DNA from: Candidatus Peribacteraceae bacterium
GTDB taxonomy: Bacteria; Patescibacteriota; Gracilibacteria; Peribacterales; Peribacteraceae
Direction: 5' to 3'
Length of the DNA: 44,794 bases
NCBI GenBank assembly: GCA_022843885.1
Contig: JALHMU010000002.1
Coordinates: 1 to 44,794 of the forward strand
Both the position numbers and the translations under genes were made by a program. The notes under the pieces are model-generated. The model saw only the letters and a list, made by a program, of their open reading frames with translations. It ran no database searches and was not told the DNA's origin. This document shows, piece by piece, positions 10,532 through 19,011 of the stretch; the first letter of the stretch is position 1, and each line of letters starts with the position of its first letter.

Positions 10532-11842
10532 ATGGTGTTATACCTTTATATAAGTAGCAATGATTCGTCGGAGGACACAAATCGTATTCTTCGGTACTCG
10601 TGCGATAAAAATGGGATCTTGTCATTGAGTGACGGCGGCTCTATCAGGAGCGGCGGAGAAGGGATAAACAACAACACGCATGGCAAACTTGGGCCAAATG
10701 ACAATGACACGCCTCTCGTCATAGACCGAGCACGCAAACTGCTATTTTCTGTAAATGGACATTCCGACACTATTGCTGTTCTGAAAATCGACGAAGATGG
10801 TGCGCTCTCACATGTTGAGGGCTCTCCTTTTCATAGTCACGGCGTAATGCCCAATAGTCTTTCGATTGCGGGAGACACGCTCCTCGCCTCTAATCGGAAT
10901 GAGGACTATCACAGACCGGAACTTCTTAGGGATGAGAATGGCGCATCCTATGTTTCATTCAAGGTCGATAAAAACGGGCATCTCAATCATGTTGAAAAAA
11001 TATTAATAGGTGGTGGTCACAAACCTACCCAAATACATTTTGCTCAATCCACCGGATCGATCGCATTCGGGAACGACTTTCAGGTAGATGCGGATTTTGA
11101 TGGAGATGGGACTCGATCTCTTCTAGCAGGAGCAGCAACGAGCGTGCAGGGGCAACTTCATTCATTTGTTGTATCGGAAAAGAGCGAGCTGACTGAAATT
11201 GAGAGGATCGCCGTCCCCGAGACGAATGGTGAATATTCCTACCTGGGAATGGACGGTGTCCCCAGCTTGCCCCTGGGGTTGTGGACCCACCCGACTCAAA
11301 ATATTCTGTATGTTGGTTTTGTCACCCGGAATGAAGTAGGGGTGTTCGAATTCGTTGACGGAGCGAAACTGAAGTTCGTTGGTTCAGTGAAAAATAGTGG
11401 ACAAGACATCTGCTGGCTGTTGACCAACAGGGCTGGAACGAGGCTGTACACAATCAACAATCTCCCCCGTAAAGAGTACGGGGACAGCGGCTCAAGTGTG
11501 ACCACGTATGATATTACGGGCGACAAGGCGCGCTTGCCAGTCGAGATACACCGTATCGTTCTGCCGAGCGAAGCTGCGGCATTCCGTAATAATCGAAATC
11601 TGATGCAGCCTGGGAGTACGGCGTTTCAGTGCTGTCTGTCGCCCAGCGAGGAGTTCCTGTTTGTGATCGCACAGCGTATCAATCAGACGGAAGAAAACAC
11701 CTCTACAAGCGGCAACGGGGTTTTTACGCTTCTGATAGACGAAAATGGTGTGCCGAGCGCTATTTCTGATTACAGGGATCTGCTCTCTGATGGGGTAGCC
11801 GCCCGCTGCAGACCGCAAGGACTGGCATGCCTAGAATTGTAG
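10532..11842 (+). CDS. Beta-propeller protein, lactonase (7-bladed, PF10282-like) family candidate
   Basis: 436 aa. ATG 10532 is preceded by GGGAG. Repeated blade-like segments (LYLYISSNDS..ILRYSCDKNGILSL; LLFSVNGHSDTIAVLKIDEDGALSHVEG; ILYVGFVTRNEVGVFEF) resemble the 6-phosphogluconolactonase/muconate-cycloisomerase-type propeller. Confidence 0.45.
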   Translation: MVLYLYISSNDSSEDTNRILRYSCDKNGILSLSDGGSIRSGGEGINNNTHGKLGPNDNDTPLVIDRARKLLFSVNGHSDTIAVLKIDEDGALSHVEGSPFHSHGVMPNSLSIAGDTLLASNRNEDYHRPELLRDENGASYVSFKVDKNGHLNHVEKILIGGGHKPTQIHFAQSTGSIAFGNDFQVDADFDGDGTRSLLAGAATSVQGQLHSFVVSEKSELTEIERIAVPETNGEYSYLGMDGVPSLPLGLWTHPTQNILYVGFVTRNEVGVFEFVDGAKLKFVGSVKNSGQDICWLLTNRAGTRLYTINNLPRKEYGDSGSSVTTYDITGDKARLPVEIHRIVLPSEAAAFRNNRNLMQPGSTAFQCCLSPSEEFLFVIAQRINQTEENTSTSGNGVFTLLIDENGVPSAISDYRDLLSDGVAARCRPQGLACLEL

Positions 11843-11904
11843 GAGCCTGTAAAACAATAGTGTCGAAGGTCTGATGTTTCAGAGATCAAAGAGAAAGTTT
11901 AACA

Positions 11905-13320
11905 TTGGCGGTAATTCCAGCTAGAAATTTCGGAAAGAGCGGAGCAGGCTTCGTCAGACTATTTGCTTCGGTCAAATTGACTGTAGCCCTGATGTCGCTT
12001 ACTGCCTTTACTGTCTTGCTTGGGGCCTGGTGCCCGCAAGAATCTCAGCAAGGCCGGGCCAAAGTGGTTGAGCAATTCGGCGAGCAAGTGTCCTCCAATC
12101 TTATCGCCTGGGGAATCGCAGACATATACCACAGCCCCTGGTTTCTCTTTTTGATAGCCATGCTGACGGTGAACATCGTCGTTGGCAGTTTCAAAAAGGT
12201 TTTTCCGAAGCTGCGCACTCTCAATGTTCCATTGCCGTTCTTGACCAATAGGCAAATAAACGAGTTGCCGGCACATTTTCAGGTCGTTCTGGTCGCTGAC
12301 AGTCGGTCCGTTCTGAGCGCTGTCAGCAAGAATCTCAAGTCCGCAGGCTATCGTGTGGAGCAGAGGAGCGATGCCCTGACTGGGGAATCCGGTAAGCTGG
12401 GTCGGCTGGCCCCAACGGTTACACATATCGGACTACTCGCACTGCTTCTTGGCGTCACAGTCACTTCATGGACCGGGTTTAGTGGGTTCCAGCCGGTCGC
12501 TCTCGGAGAAGATTTGAGTTTTACCAATTCGGAACACTCTAAACTCTGGATTGGCAAACTGCCGACCTGGCATCTGCATGTTGACGCAACAAGACGCGAG
12601 AACTATGAAAGCGGCGACGCTAAGCAGTGGTATAGCGACTTGACGGCCATTGACAACAAGGGGGCTAAGCTCAAGTCTGGCGAAATCTCGGTCAATAACC
12701 CATTCACCTGTGAGGGAGTCGATGTGTACCAATCCAGTTGGGGATTGGATCATATACTCGTCTCTTTTAATGATCGTTGGGCGCGCCTTAATCTCAGTCC
12801 GATGGGAGGTACCTATGCAGCGTTCATGGCGCTGGATGAAGCGACTGTCTTGATCTTTTCTGTCCGGAGCGCCGTTGCCCCAGTCAAGGTCTTTGCCAAA
12901 ACAGCCCATTGGCCCGAGCCACGCATTTTGACTATGCTGGTTCAGGGCAAGCCAGTGGACATTGGCTCGGTAAAGGTGGAGCTGCGCAAAGTGGTTCCGG
13001 TCACAGGGTTACAATACAAATGCGATCCCGGATTGCCCATCACCTTCTGCGCTTTTGCCTTTATCATAGCCGGCGTGCTTTTAGCGGCTGTACCTCATCA
13101 CCAGGTCTTTGTTAAGTGCACGCAACTGGGGGGCGGTTTAACAGCTCTTCAGGTGGGAGGATTCTCACGTAAAGCTAAACGCGCTTTTGAACAAATCTTA
13201 CGGCGAATCTTAGTCAAATCTTGCGCCGGATTTGATACTGCGCCAACATCTGGCGGCGACGCCGAAGGTATTGAAGTTGCTACAACCTCAGGCGGGGAAA
13301 CATGTCCGACCTCCAATTAG
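11905..13320 (+). CDS. resB: Cytochrome c biogenesis protein ResB/Ccs1 (System II)
   Basis: 471 aa. The N-terminus is FASVKLTVALMSLTAFTVLLGAW, followed by TM segments, a large soluble domain and a C-terminal TM. The gene overlaps the start of the ccsA-like gene (13302). Confidence 0.75.
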   Translation: MAVIPARNFGKSGAGFVRLFASVKLTVALMSLTAFTVLLGAWCPQESQQGRAKVVEQFGEQVSSNLIAWGIADIYHSPWFLFLIAMLTVNIVVGSFKKVFPKLRTLNVPLPFLTNRQINELPAHFQVVLVADSRSVLSAVSKNLKSAGYRVEQRSDALTGESGKLGRLAPTVTHIGLLALLLGVTVTSWTGFSGFQPVALGEDLSFTNSEHSKLWIGKLPTWHLHVDATRRENYESGDAKQWYSDLTAIDNKGAKLKSGEISVNNPFTCEGVDVYQSSWGLDHILVSFNDRWARLNLSPMGGTYAAFMALDEATVLIFSVRSAVAPVKVFAKTAHWPEPRILTMLVQGKPVDIGSVKVELRKVVPVTGLQYKCDPGLPITFCAFAFIIAGVLLAAVPHHQVFVKCTQLGGGLTALQVGGFSRKAKRAFEQILRRILVKSCAGFDTAPTSGGDAEGIEVATTSGGETCPTSN

Positions 13321-14399
13321 TTTTGACAAACACCGCCGGGATCTCTTCTGTGATGTCCTTCTGGGCCTTTGTCAGCTCCAGTGCTAGCAAAAGATGGCAG
13401 AGTTTATTGCTCAAGGTGGCTCTTGCGATCATGGTCGCTTGCTTTGCGGCGCTCACCGCAGTCATAGTGGCCCGAGGCGTTGAAGCCGGGCGCTTTCCTT
13501 TGTCCAATTTGTACGAATCCCTTCTATGGTCTGCCTGGGGGGTTATCGGAGGCTACTTGCTTTTGGGACGTACTTACGATATCAGACACCTGGGCTGGAT
13601 GGCCAGTCTTACTGCTGCCACATTTTTTCTCTACGGAAGCTGGTTGCCGGCTGGGCAACACGAGATTAAACCGTTGGTTCCGGCCCTGGTCAGTTACTGG
13701 AGGCAAATTCACGTGCCTCCTCTGATTGTCTCTTACTCCATGTTCTTCATTTCTGGGCTAGCAGCCTTTATGCACCTCTGGCAGTCGAACTGCCGACGGT
13801 CGGTTGCCTACGCAGCTCTTGCCCTGTCGGCGGCGCTTGCTGCCATCGGGCTTGGTACTTTCATGGATGTGAACGTTTTTGTGTTACAGGGACTATTTGT
13901 CGGTGGCAGCTTGATTGGGCTTGGTAGTGCATGGATCGCTTTGCCCAAGAGCGAAACTGCGGCGGAGGACGACAAAGCCAAACTCTACGACGAAGTCGGA
14001 CACCGTAGCATCATGGTTGGATTTCCACTTCTGACTATTGGTGTCATCACGGGCGGTTTGTGGGCCAATCATACCTGGGGTACCTATTGGTCCTGGGACC
14101 CCAAAGAATCAATGGCGCTGGTTACCTGGCTTGGCTACGCCACTTACATTCATTTACGTGTGCATCATGAGATGGGCGACCGTAAACTTTCTCTGGTAGC
14201 AATTGCCGGCATGCTTTTAACATTATTGACCTATCTGGGATTCAATTCTCTTGGTTTTGGTGGGCTTCATAGTTACGGAAAATTCAAAAGCGAAGTGACT
14301 TTGCCTGCCGTGTATCACCACAAATCGCTCCTGCAGTGTCTGGCCAGCGATGGAGCAATCTGTGTAGAATGCTTCTTGGTGTCAGAGGTGAGTGTTTGA
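13302..14399 (+). CDS. ccsA: Cytochrome c-type biogenesis protein CcsA/ResC (heme handling, System II)
   Basis: 365 aa and polytopic. It carries the Trp-rich heme-handling motif GGLWANHTWGTYWSWDPKESMALVTWL, with conserved His after it (YIHLRVHH) and GLHSYG near the end. Confidence 0.9.
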   Translation: MSDLQLVLTNTAGISSVMSFWAFVSSSASKRWQSLLLKVALAIMVACFAALTAVIVARGVEAGRFPLSNLYESLLWSAWGVIGGYLLLGRTYDIRHLGWMASLTAATFFLYGSWLPAGQHEIKPLVPALVSYWRQIHVPPLIVSYSMFFISGLAAFMHLWQSNCRRSVAYAALALSAALAAIGLGTFMDVNVFVLQGLFVGGSLIGLGSAWIALPKSETAAEDDKAKLYDEVGHRSIMVGFPLLTIGVITGGLWANHTWGTYWSWDPKESMALVTWLGYATYIHLRVHHEMGDRKLSLVAIAGMLLTLLTYLGFNSLGFGGLHSYGKFKSEVTLPAVYHHKSLLQCLASDGAICVECFLVSEVSV

Positions 14400-14461
14400 T
14401 AGTCCGCAAAGCTTTAAGGGATAAATAAGTAAAGAAGCAGGCGTCTGCAATTAACCGGGGG

Positions 14462-15154
14462 ATGTTAGGGATGAAGATCAAGAAAGGTATTACTCGAAAA
14501 GGAAGGTTGCTGGGACTTGGCACCATCGGCGTGCTACTGATCGGTGGTGGACTGCTGGCGAACAAGCCCGAATCAGCCGCTGCCGAGAAAGGACCTCAAG
14601 CAAAATACGATGTTGAAGTTGCTCCAAAATGGACCGATGCAGGCGAACTAATGCTTCCTGGCAACTTTCGAGAAGATTGGGTATTTATCGGGTCACCCAT
14701 TACGCCAGACGGGCTCAATGGTGGTCATGCCAATTTTCCAGAATTTCATAATGTTTACGTACAGCGAGAGGCGTTCATAAAGTACCGGAAAACCAACAAA
14801 TGGCCAGAAGGAACAATGATGCTGAAGGAGTTGCAGCGCACGAGCCCGGGGGACGGGCCCAATGGCTCAAAGACTGAACCCTCTGGAACAGGCTACTTTC
14901 CGGGTGGCCCGAACGGTGTAGACATCTCAGTGAAGGATTCGACTAAGTTTCCAAAATCCAAAAACTGGGGTTTTTTCAACTTTGGACATCATAAGCCACC
15001 ATATGCTGCATCGGCAAAAGAACAGCCTCTTGCCAAGTGTGCGGGTTGTCACATAGCGAATGCTCCTGAAGATATGGTTTACGTGGATTTCTATAAACCT
15101 ATCCTGGATCCGCTCCCCGCACCCACGAATACAGACGCAGGCAATGATAAATGA
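14462..15154 (+). CDS. Cytochrome P460 family protein (periplasmic mono-heme)
   Basis: 230 aa with a signal/anchor LLGLGTIGVLLIGGGLLA. GELMLPGNFREDWVFIGS, SGTGYFPGGPNGVDISVKDSTKF..NWGFFNF and KCAGCHIANAPEDMVYVDFYKPIL parallel the Nitrosomonas cytochrome P460 blocks (GELLLPKNYREW, GNGYF..ASVKDS..NWAFY, CAACH....DMVF.QFYPVL) as I recall them. Confidence 0.8.
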   Translation: MLGMKIKKGITRKGRLLGLGTIGVLLIGGGLLANKPESAAAEKGPQAKYDVEVAPKWTDAGELMLPGNFREDWVFIGSPITPDGLNGGHANFPEFHNVYVQREAFIKYRKTNKWPEGTMMLKELQRTSPGDGPNGSKTEPSGTGYFPGGPNGVDISVKDSTKFPKSKNWGFFNFGHHKPPYAASAKEQPLAKCAGCHIANAPEDMVYVDFYKPILDPLPAPTNTDAGNDK

Positions 15155-16086
15155 GCATAAACTGGAGAATTGCGTCGCTGGTTTGCGTTATTGCTCTGTC
15201 TGTCATGTCGATGCGGCCCGTAAAATCGCTAGACAAGACTGCTCCTATCGCCGAAAACTTAGGCGGTCTGGTGGGCGGGAAGGGGGAACTCCTCTTGCCG
15301 AGAGACTTTGCGCTGCGATGGTCTCACTTGGGTAGCGTTTTTGTGAATGATGAGTTTCACAACACATACATCAAACCAGATGATTTGGCGTATTATCGTG
15401 CCAACTCGAAGTTTAAAGATAAAACTGTCTTGGTGAAAGAAATACGCTCATCAAACTCGGGACGTCTCACGACAGGCGACGCTCATTGGGGCAGCGGCGT
15501 AAAGATCTGGTTTGTGATGATGAAAGACGAGAAGGGACGCTTCAAAGACAATCCACTGTGGGGGAATGGATGGGCTTGGGCTCTATATAAAGGGGACGCT
15601 CCAGACAAACAAGTAGCGACGGATTACAAGAAGGACTGCTTGTCCTGCCATGTGCCCGCGCAAAAGACCGATTGGGTCTACATCGACAAATACCCGGCAC
15701 TCACAGCAGAGGCACCGGTGCCTGTTGGCAACTCTTCGAAGGCGCCTGTATCTGGCAACTCTTCGGAGGCGCCAGATACAGGGCGAGGCAAGTCGCTTTT
15801 CGCTACTTCCTGCCAAGGGTGCCACAGCGACCAAAAGGGGGAAAACGGGGTTGGTCCGACCCTGTTTGGAGTCTATGAGAGAAAGTCAGGCTCGGTTGCG
15901 GGATACGATTACTCTGATGCAATGAAAGCAGCGAGTGTGGTCTGGGAGGATGTCGCTCTCAATAAACACTTGGCAAGCCCGAAGGGATTTATTCCTGGCA
16001 ATTACATGGGCGACTCTTTCCCGTCAGGAGTGGCCAGCCAATCAGATCGCAGCGCCCTAATAGACTATCTGAAAACGCTCAAATAA
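15151..16086 (+). CDS. Cytochrome P460-like domain fused to a C-terminal class I cytochrome c domain
   Basis: 311 aa with a signal peptide. The P460-like blocks are GELLLPRDFALRW, NGWAWALY and DCLSCHVPAQKTDWVYIDKYPAL. A repeat linker (GNSSKAPVS/GNSSEAPDT) follows, then CQGCHSDQKGENGVGPTLFGVYERKSG...PGNYM, which is mitochondrial/c2-type cytochrome c. The start overlaps the upstream stop (ATGA-type). Confidence 0.75.
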   Translation: MSINWRIASLVCVIALSVMSMRPVKSLDKTAPIAENLGGLVGGKGELLLPRDFALRWSHLGSVFVNDEFHNTYIKPDDLAYYRANSKFKDKTVLVKEIRSSNSGRLTTGDAHWGSGVKIWFVMMKDEKGRFKDNPLWGNGWAWALYKGDAPDKQVATDYKKDCLSCHVPAQKTDWVYIDKYPALTAEAPVPVGNSSKAPVSGNSSEAPDTGRGKSLFATSCQGCHSDQKGENGVGPTLFGVYERKSGSVAGYDYSDAMKAASVVWEDVALNKHLASPKGFIPGNYMGDSFPSGVASQSDRSALIDYLKTLK

Positions 16087-16203
16087 GACCGACCTTGAGG
16101 ACAAAGGAATGGAGTTCCCCCCGCTAGCTTGACTCTCGCGTAACTACGGAACTCCTACACCGCCAGCGGAGACCATAAAAAAGTGGGCGGTCTGACCACC
16201 GGG

Positions 16204-16479
16204 TTAGGATTTCGGCCGCTCTGGCGCTGAGACATATCGGTAAAGAGTGGACCGGGAAATTCTCAAAGCTTTGCTGACTTCGGTGACGGTTGTGGTCTTT
16301 TCCTTCAGAAGCTGTTCGAAAATCGCGATTTTATTCTCATCAAGTTTGAAAGGTCGACCACCTTTTCGTCCTCTGGCTCGCGCTGCTACAAGGCCAACAT
16401 TGGTGCGCTCTCTGATGACTTCGGCTTCGAATTGAGCGAGTGCACCAAACACATGGAAAACAAGTTTGCCGAGATTTTC
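16204..16479 (-). pseudogene. 3' fragment of a serine recombinase (resolvase/invertase); catalytic N-terminal domain missing
   Basis: ENLGKLVFHVFGALAQFEAEVIRERTNVGLVAARARGRKGGRP....TVTEVSKALRISRSTLYRYV is the E-helix plus C-terminal HTH of resolvases. Compare GKLMLNMLAAISEFENDLLRERIKSGIAHARSKG of the intact copy at 36577. An in-frame TGA lies at 16480-16482 and there is no upstream catalytic Ser region. Confidence 0.8.
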
Positions 16480-16556
16480 TCAAATGTTGTATTTTAGCAT
16501 TGTCTAGGCGGCCTCTTCTTGTTTGATTCCATCAACGAATTTGAGGTTCGTAAAAG

Positions 16557-17759
16557 TTGAATCAAAGCCAAACACTTGATCTACCGATAAAAAAACCAGA
16601 ATCTCTTTCTGGATTGCATCATTTGATGCAAGCAATTCAGGCTTGGTGGTCGAATAAAGGTTCTGAAATATCGCTTATAGACGAAGTGCATTTTGACCAA
16701 CAGTCTGGCACTGGCAACATTAGAATCAGGCTTTCGCTAAACCTTGCGGAAAAGTGTCAGCTCCAAATTCCTGGAGATGATGATTTTCTTCGGTCCTTAA
16801 ATGATGATTGGATTGTTCGCTGCACAATCAACGGTGCCGAATCGCAGCTAGAGCAGTTGTTTTCAAGACATGTATATCGAGACAGGTACGAAATTCTCGC
16901 AAATTATTATTTCATAGACAACAAACGTGTTTATTTGCCGACATCATCACCTAGCAACTGTCGCTTCTGCAGCAGAAGCAGTCCTGATGTCACTTTTATC
17001 CATAAAGCCCATGCAGTCCCAGTGTGTCTTGGCAATAAAACTTTGTTTTCCAAGAACGAATGTGATTCTTGCAATGCATTTTTTGGCGACACCATAGAAA
17101 GTCACCTTGGCAATGTAACACTCAATTCACGAGTGTTGGGAGGGGTGCCCAATCGAAAAGGCTTGCCTTCTCATCACGGAGATGGATGGTCCTCGAAGAT
17201 AGAGAATGGCGTAATCGTCATCGAAGAAGGCAGTAAAGATTTAAATGTACGAGTTAGTGCCGACCAGAAGAAAGTGAACTTCACGGCTTCGACTCGGAGC
17301 TATATTCCTGTGGCGATTTTCAAAGCTTTTGTAAAAATGGCCATTTCACTTATGCCGGACAATGAAGTAGCGAATTTTGATAGTGCAAGAGAATGGTTAT
17401 TAGAACGAGATTATTGTGTTAGACCAACAAATACTAGTCATTTTTTTGATTGCTATCGATCTTTCTTTTCAGGGTGTACCGTTCCAGGACACGCTTTGCT
17501 ATTCAGACGAACTGTGGAAGATCGAAGCATGCCATATATGACTCTAGTAGTGGAATTTGGAAGCTTCTCTTATCAAATTGCCGTGACAGTCGGGAGCCAA
17601 TTTCAAAACCCGATGCCCGTTATGCACAGCCACAGCGCTGGATACAGAAGCAATGCTCCAATAGATATACAGATCATCGATTTGTCTAGCGCTCATGTGG
17701 TAACCACAGAAGCCGAAACCTACACACTTGAAGGGCACCGAATCTTCTCCACAGGCTAG
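16557..17759 (+). CDS. HNH_5-like (Abi-type) putative nuclease
   Basis: 400 aa with a TTG start; the true start could be internal. CRFCSRSSPDVTFIHKAHAVPVCLGNKTLFSKNECDSCNAFFGDTIESHLGN fits the HNH_5 layout (CxxC...H..P..LG.....C..CN..fG). The C-terminal ~250 aa has the same general pattern as 4459..5601. Confidence 0.5.
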   Translation: MNQSQTLDLPIKKPESLSGLHHLMQAIQAWWSNKGSEISLIDEVHFDQQSGTGNIRIRLSLNLAEKCQLQIPGDDDFLRSLNDDWIVRCTINGAESQLEQLFSRHVYRDRYEILANYYFIDNKRVYLPTSSPSNCRFCSRSSPDVTFIHKAHAVPVCLGNKTLFSKNECDSCNAFFGDTIESHLGNVTLNSRVLGGVPNRKGLPSHHGDGWSSKIENGVIVIEEGSKDLNVRVSADQKKVNFTASTRSYIPVAIFKAFVKMAISLMPDNEVANFDSAREWLLERDYCVRPTNTSHFFDCYRSFFSGCTVPGHALLFRRTVEDRSMPYMTLVVEFGSFSYQIAVTVGSQFQNPMPVMHSHSAGYRSNAPIDIQIIDLSSAHVVTTEAETYTLEGHRIFSTG

Positions 17760-17781
17760 TTACTAAAATCTGGAAAAAAGA

Positions 17782-17952
17782 ATCACCGTAGCGTCCTGTA
17801 AGCCTGATTTAGTTGCAGGCACTTCTAGCAATGAAATCGACATTGCCGAAAAGTGCCTAGAAAGTGGCATGGATGCTTATCTAAATAGAGATTGTACAAC
17901 CGGGCAATGTCACGCTGCAGTAGCTAAGTGGACAACCGCAGCTGGTGTATAG
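17782..17952 (+). pseudogene. 3' remnant of a response-regulator receiver domain
   Basis: Hand translation gives ITVASCKPDLVAGTSSNEIDIAEKCLESGMDAYLNRDCTTGQCHAAVAKWTTAAGV*. This parallels FSSDSDRDIRERCLAAGMDEFIPKDCSQNKLLETLKRWAGEP of the intact receiver at 37488..37919. The frame is closed by a TAA at 17764 and no N-terminal half is present. Confidence 0.45.
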
Positions 17953-17984
17953 TGGAAGTACTGACTCTTAGCTGAGCCCTGAAG

Positions 17985-18034
17985 CAAAAGCCTTGTAAAG
18001 CAATCTCTAACTTGCTCTTGAGGCTTTTGTTTTG
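17985..18034 (+). terminator. Rho-independent terminator-like hairpin
   Basis: caaaagcct (17985-17993) pairs with aggcttttg (18021-18029) and is followed by a T-run (tttgtttt). It lies just after the receiver remnant stop. Confidence 0.55.
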
Positions 18035-18153
18035 AGACTTTGCCAAAGCCTAACCTAACTAACTAGTTCATCTAGCTAATGACGATTATCAAATCTATTG
18101 GCCCAATATTCGTAACTCACAAATACAACTGGCGATGTAAATTGGGTGACCAG

Positions 18154-18519
18154 CTACATTGCTATTTGCGGCTCGACAAAGTAGTAAGCTCCTTTGCCGC
18201 AATTACTGCATTCATTTGTCCAGGCAAAAGATGCTTCCTTCATTCGTGCTTGCTCGTCACCTTCGGTCGGCGCACAGTCAAGACAGTAAAACTTAGAATT
18301 GGCCAAGTGAGTGCCGAAATACTTCGCGAGCATCGTCAACGCCGTTTCCATTTCAGTTTTTGCACTGGCGGCAATATTTGTGATTGCGGCTTCACCTAGG
18401 GCATCTTTGGTTTCCTGATGCAACCGGAGAGTGTCCTTGCACTTAAATGCATGAGTGATCAAGGCCCGCGAAACAAGGTCCAGTTCTTGCTTATCAGTAA
18501 TTTTCAATTCGAGCATCAC
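18154..18519 (-). CDS. Small C4 zinc-ribbon protein, copy 1 (paralogue of 26502..26858)
   Basis: 121 aa. It is collinear with, and roughly 60% identical by eye to, the 118-aa ORF at 26502. It has two Cys pairs, CLDC and CSNC, in FYCLDCAP.EG....EC..CG.GAYYFVEP. It is the last gene of the toxin/immunity operon. Confidence 0.65.
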   Translation of the reverse strand: MMLELKITDKQELDLVSRALITHAFKCKDTLRLHQETKDALGEAAITNIAASAKTEMETALTMLAKYFGTHLANSKFYCLDCAPTEGDEQARMKEASFAWTNECSNCGKGAYYFVEPQIAM

Positions 18520-18540
18520 TCGTATCCTTTGACTACAACC

Positions 18541-19011
18541 CTATTGTAGCTTGTCTTGCGACTCGATCTGGGCTGCTAGTAAATAGTCTAAAGTCTCAGA
18601 AAAGTGGTCATCTTTTCTTATCGGCTCCTTGGTATTATCCCGATAAAGAAAAACAGGTGGGTCATCACCATCAGTGGTGTCAAAGAAAAGGAAATAACCA
18701 CTTTCGCTAAGCCAAAAAACAAAAGCTGTAGACGGTAGCCTGTAGTCGGTGTCGGCATGGTCTAACAAGTCTTGGGCGCCTTGCGTGAGCGTCAAAAGCT
18801 CTGGGTAAAGACGATCGTCATCACGGCAAAAGCCAGCCATACCACGACCCATTTTCAATAAAAACGAGCGATAGATCGGAGGTAGTTTGACCTGAAGTTT
18901 GGCTTCAATTTCTGCTACTTCCGCTTCTGAACAACCAACAAGAGGAGCGCCACTAGCAAGGTTACTGGCAACGACTCGTTTTGAAAAGTTTTCGATGAAT
19001 TGGTTAGTCAT
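18541..19011 (-). CDS. SMI1/KNR4 (SUKH-1) family immunity protein
   Basis: 156 aa. CSEAEVAEIEAKLQVKLPPIYRSFLLKMGRG is the SMI1_KNR4 signature. The start abuts the stop of the toxin gene (19011/19012). Confidence 0.8.
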   Translation of the reverse strand: MTNQFIENFSKRVVASNLASGAPLVGCSEAEVAEIEAKLQVKLPPIYRSFLLKMGRGMAGFCRDDDRLYPELLTLTQGAQDLLDHADTDYRLPSTAFVFWLSESGYFLFFDTTDGDDPPVFLYRDNTKEPIRKDDHFSETLDYLLAAQIESQDKLQ

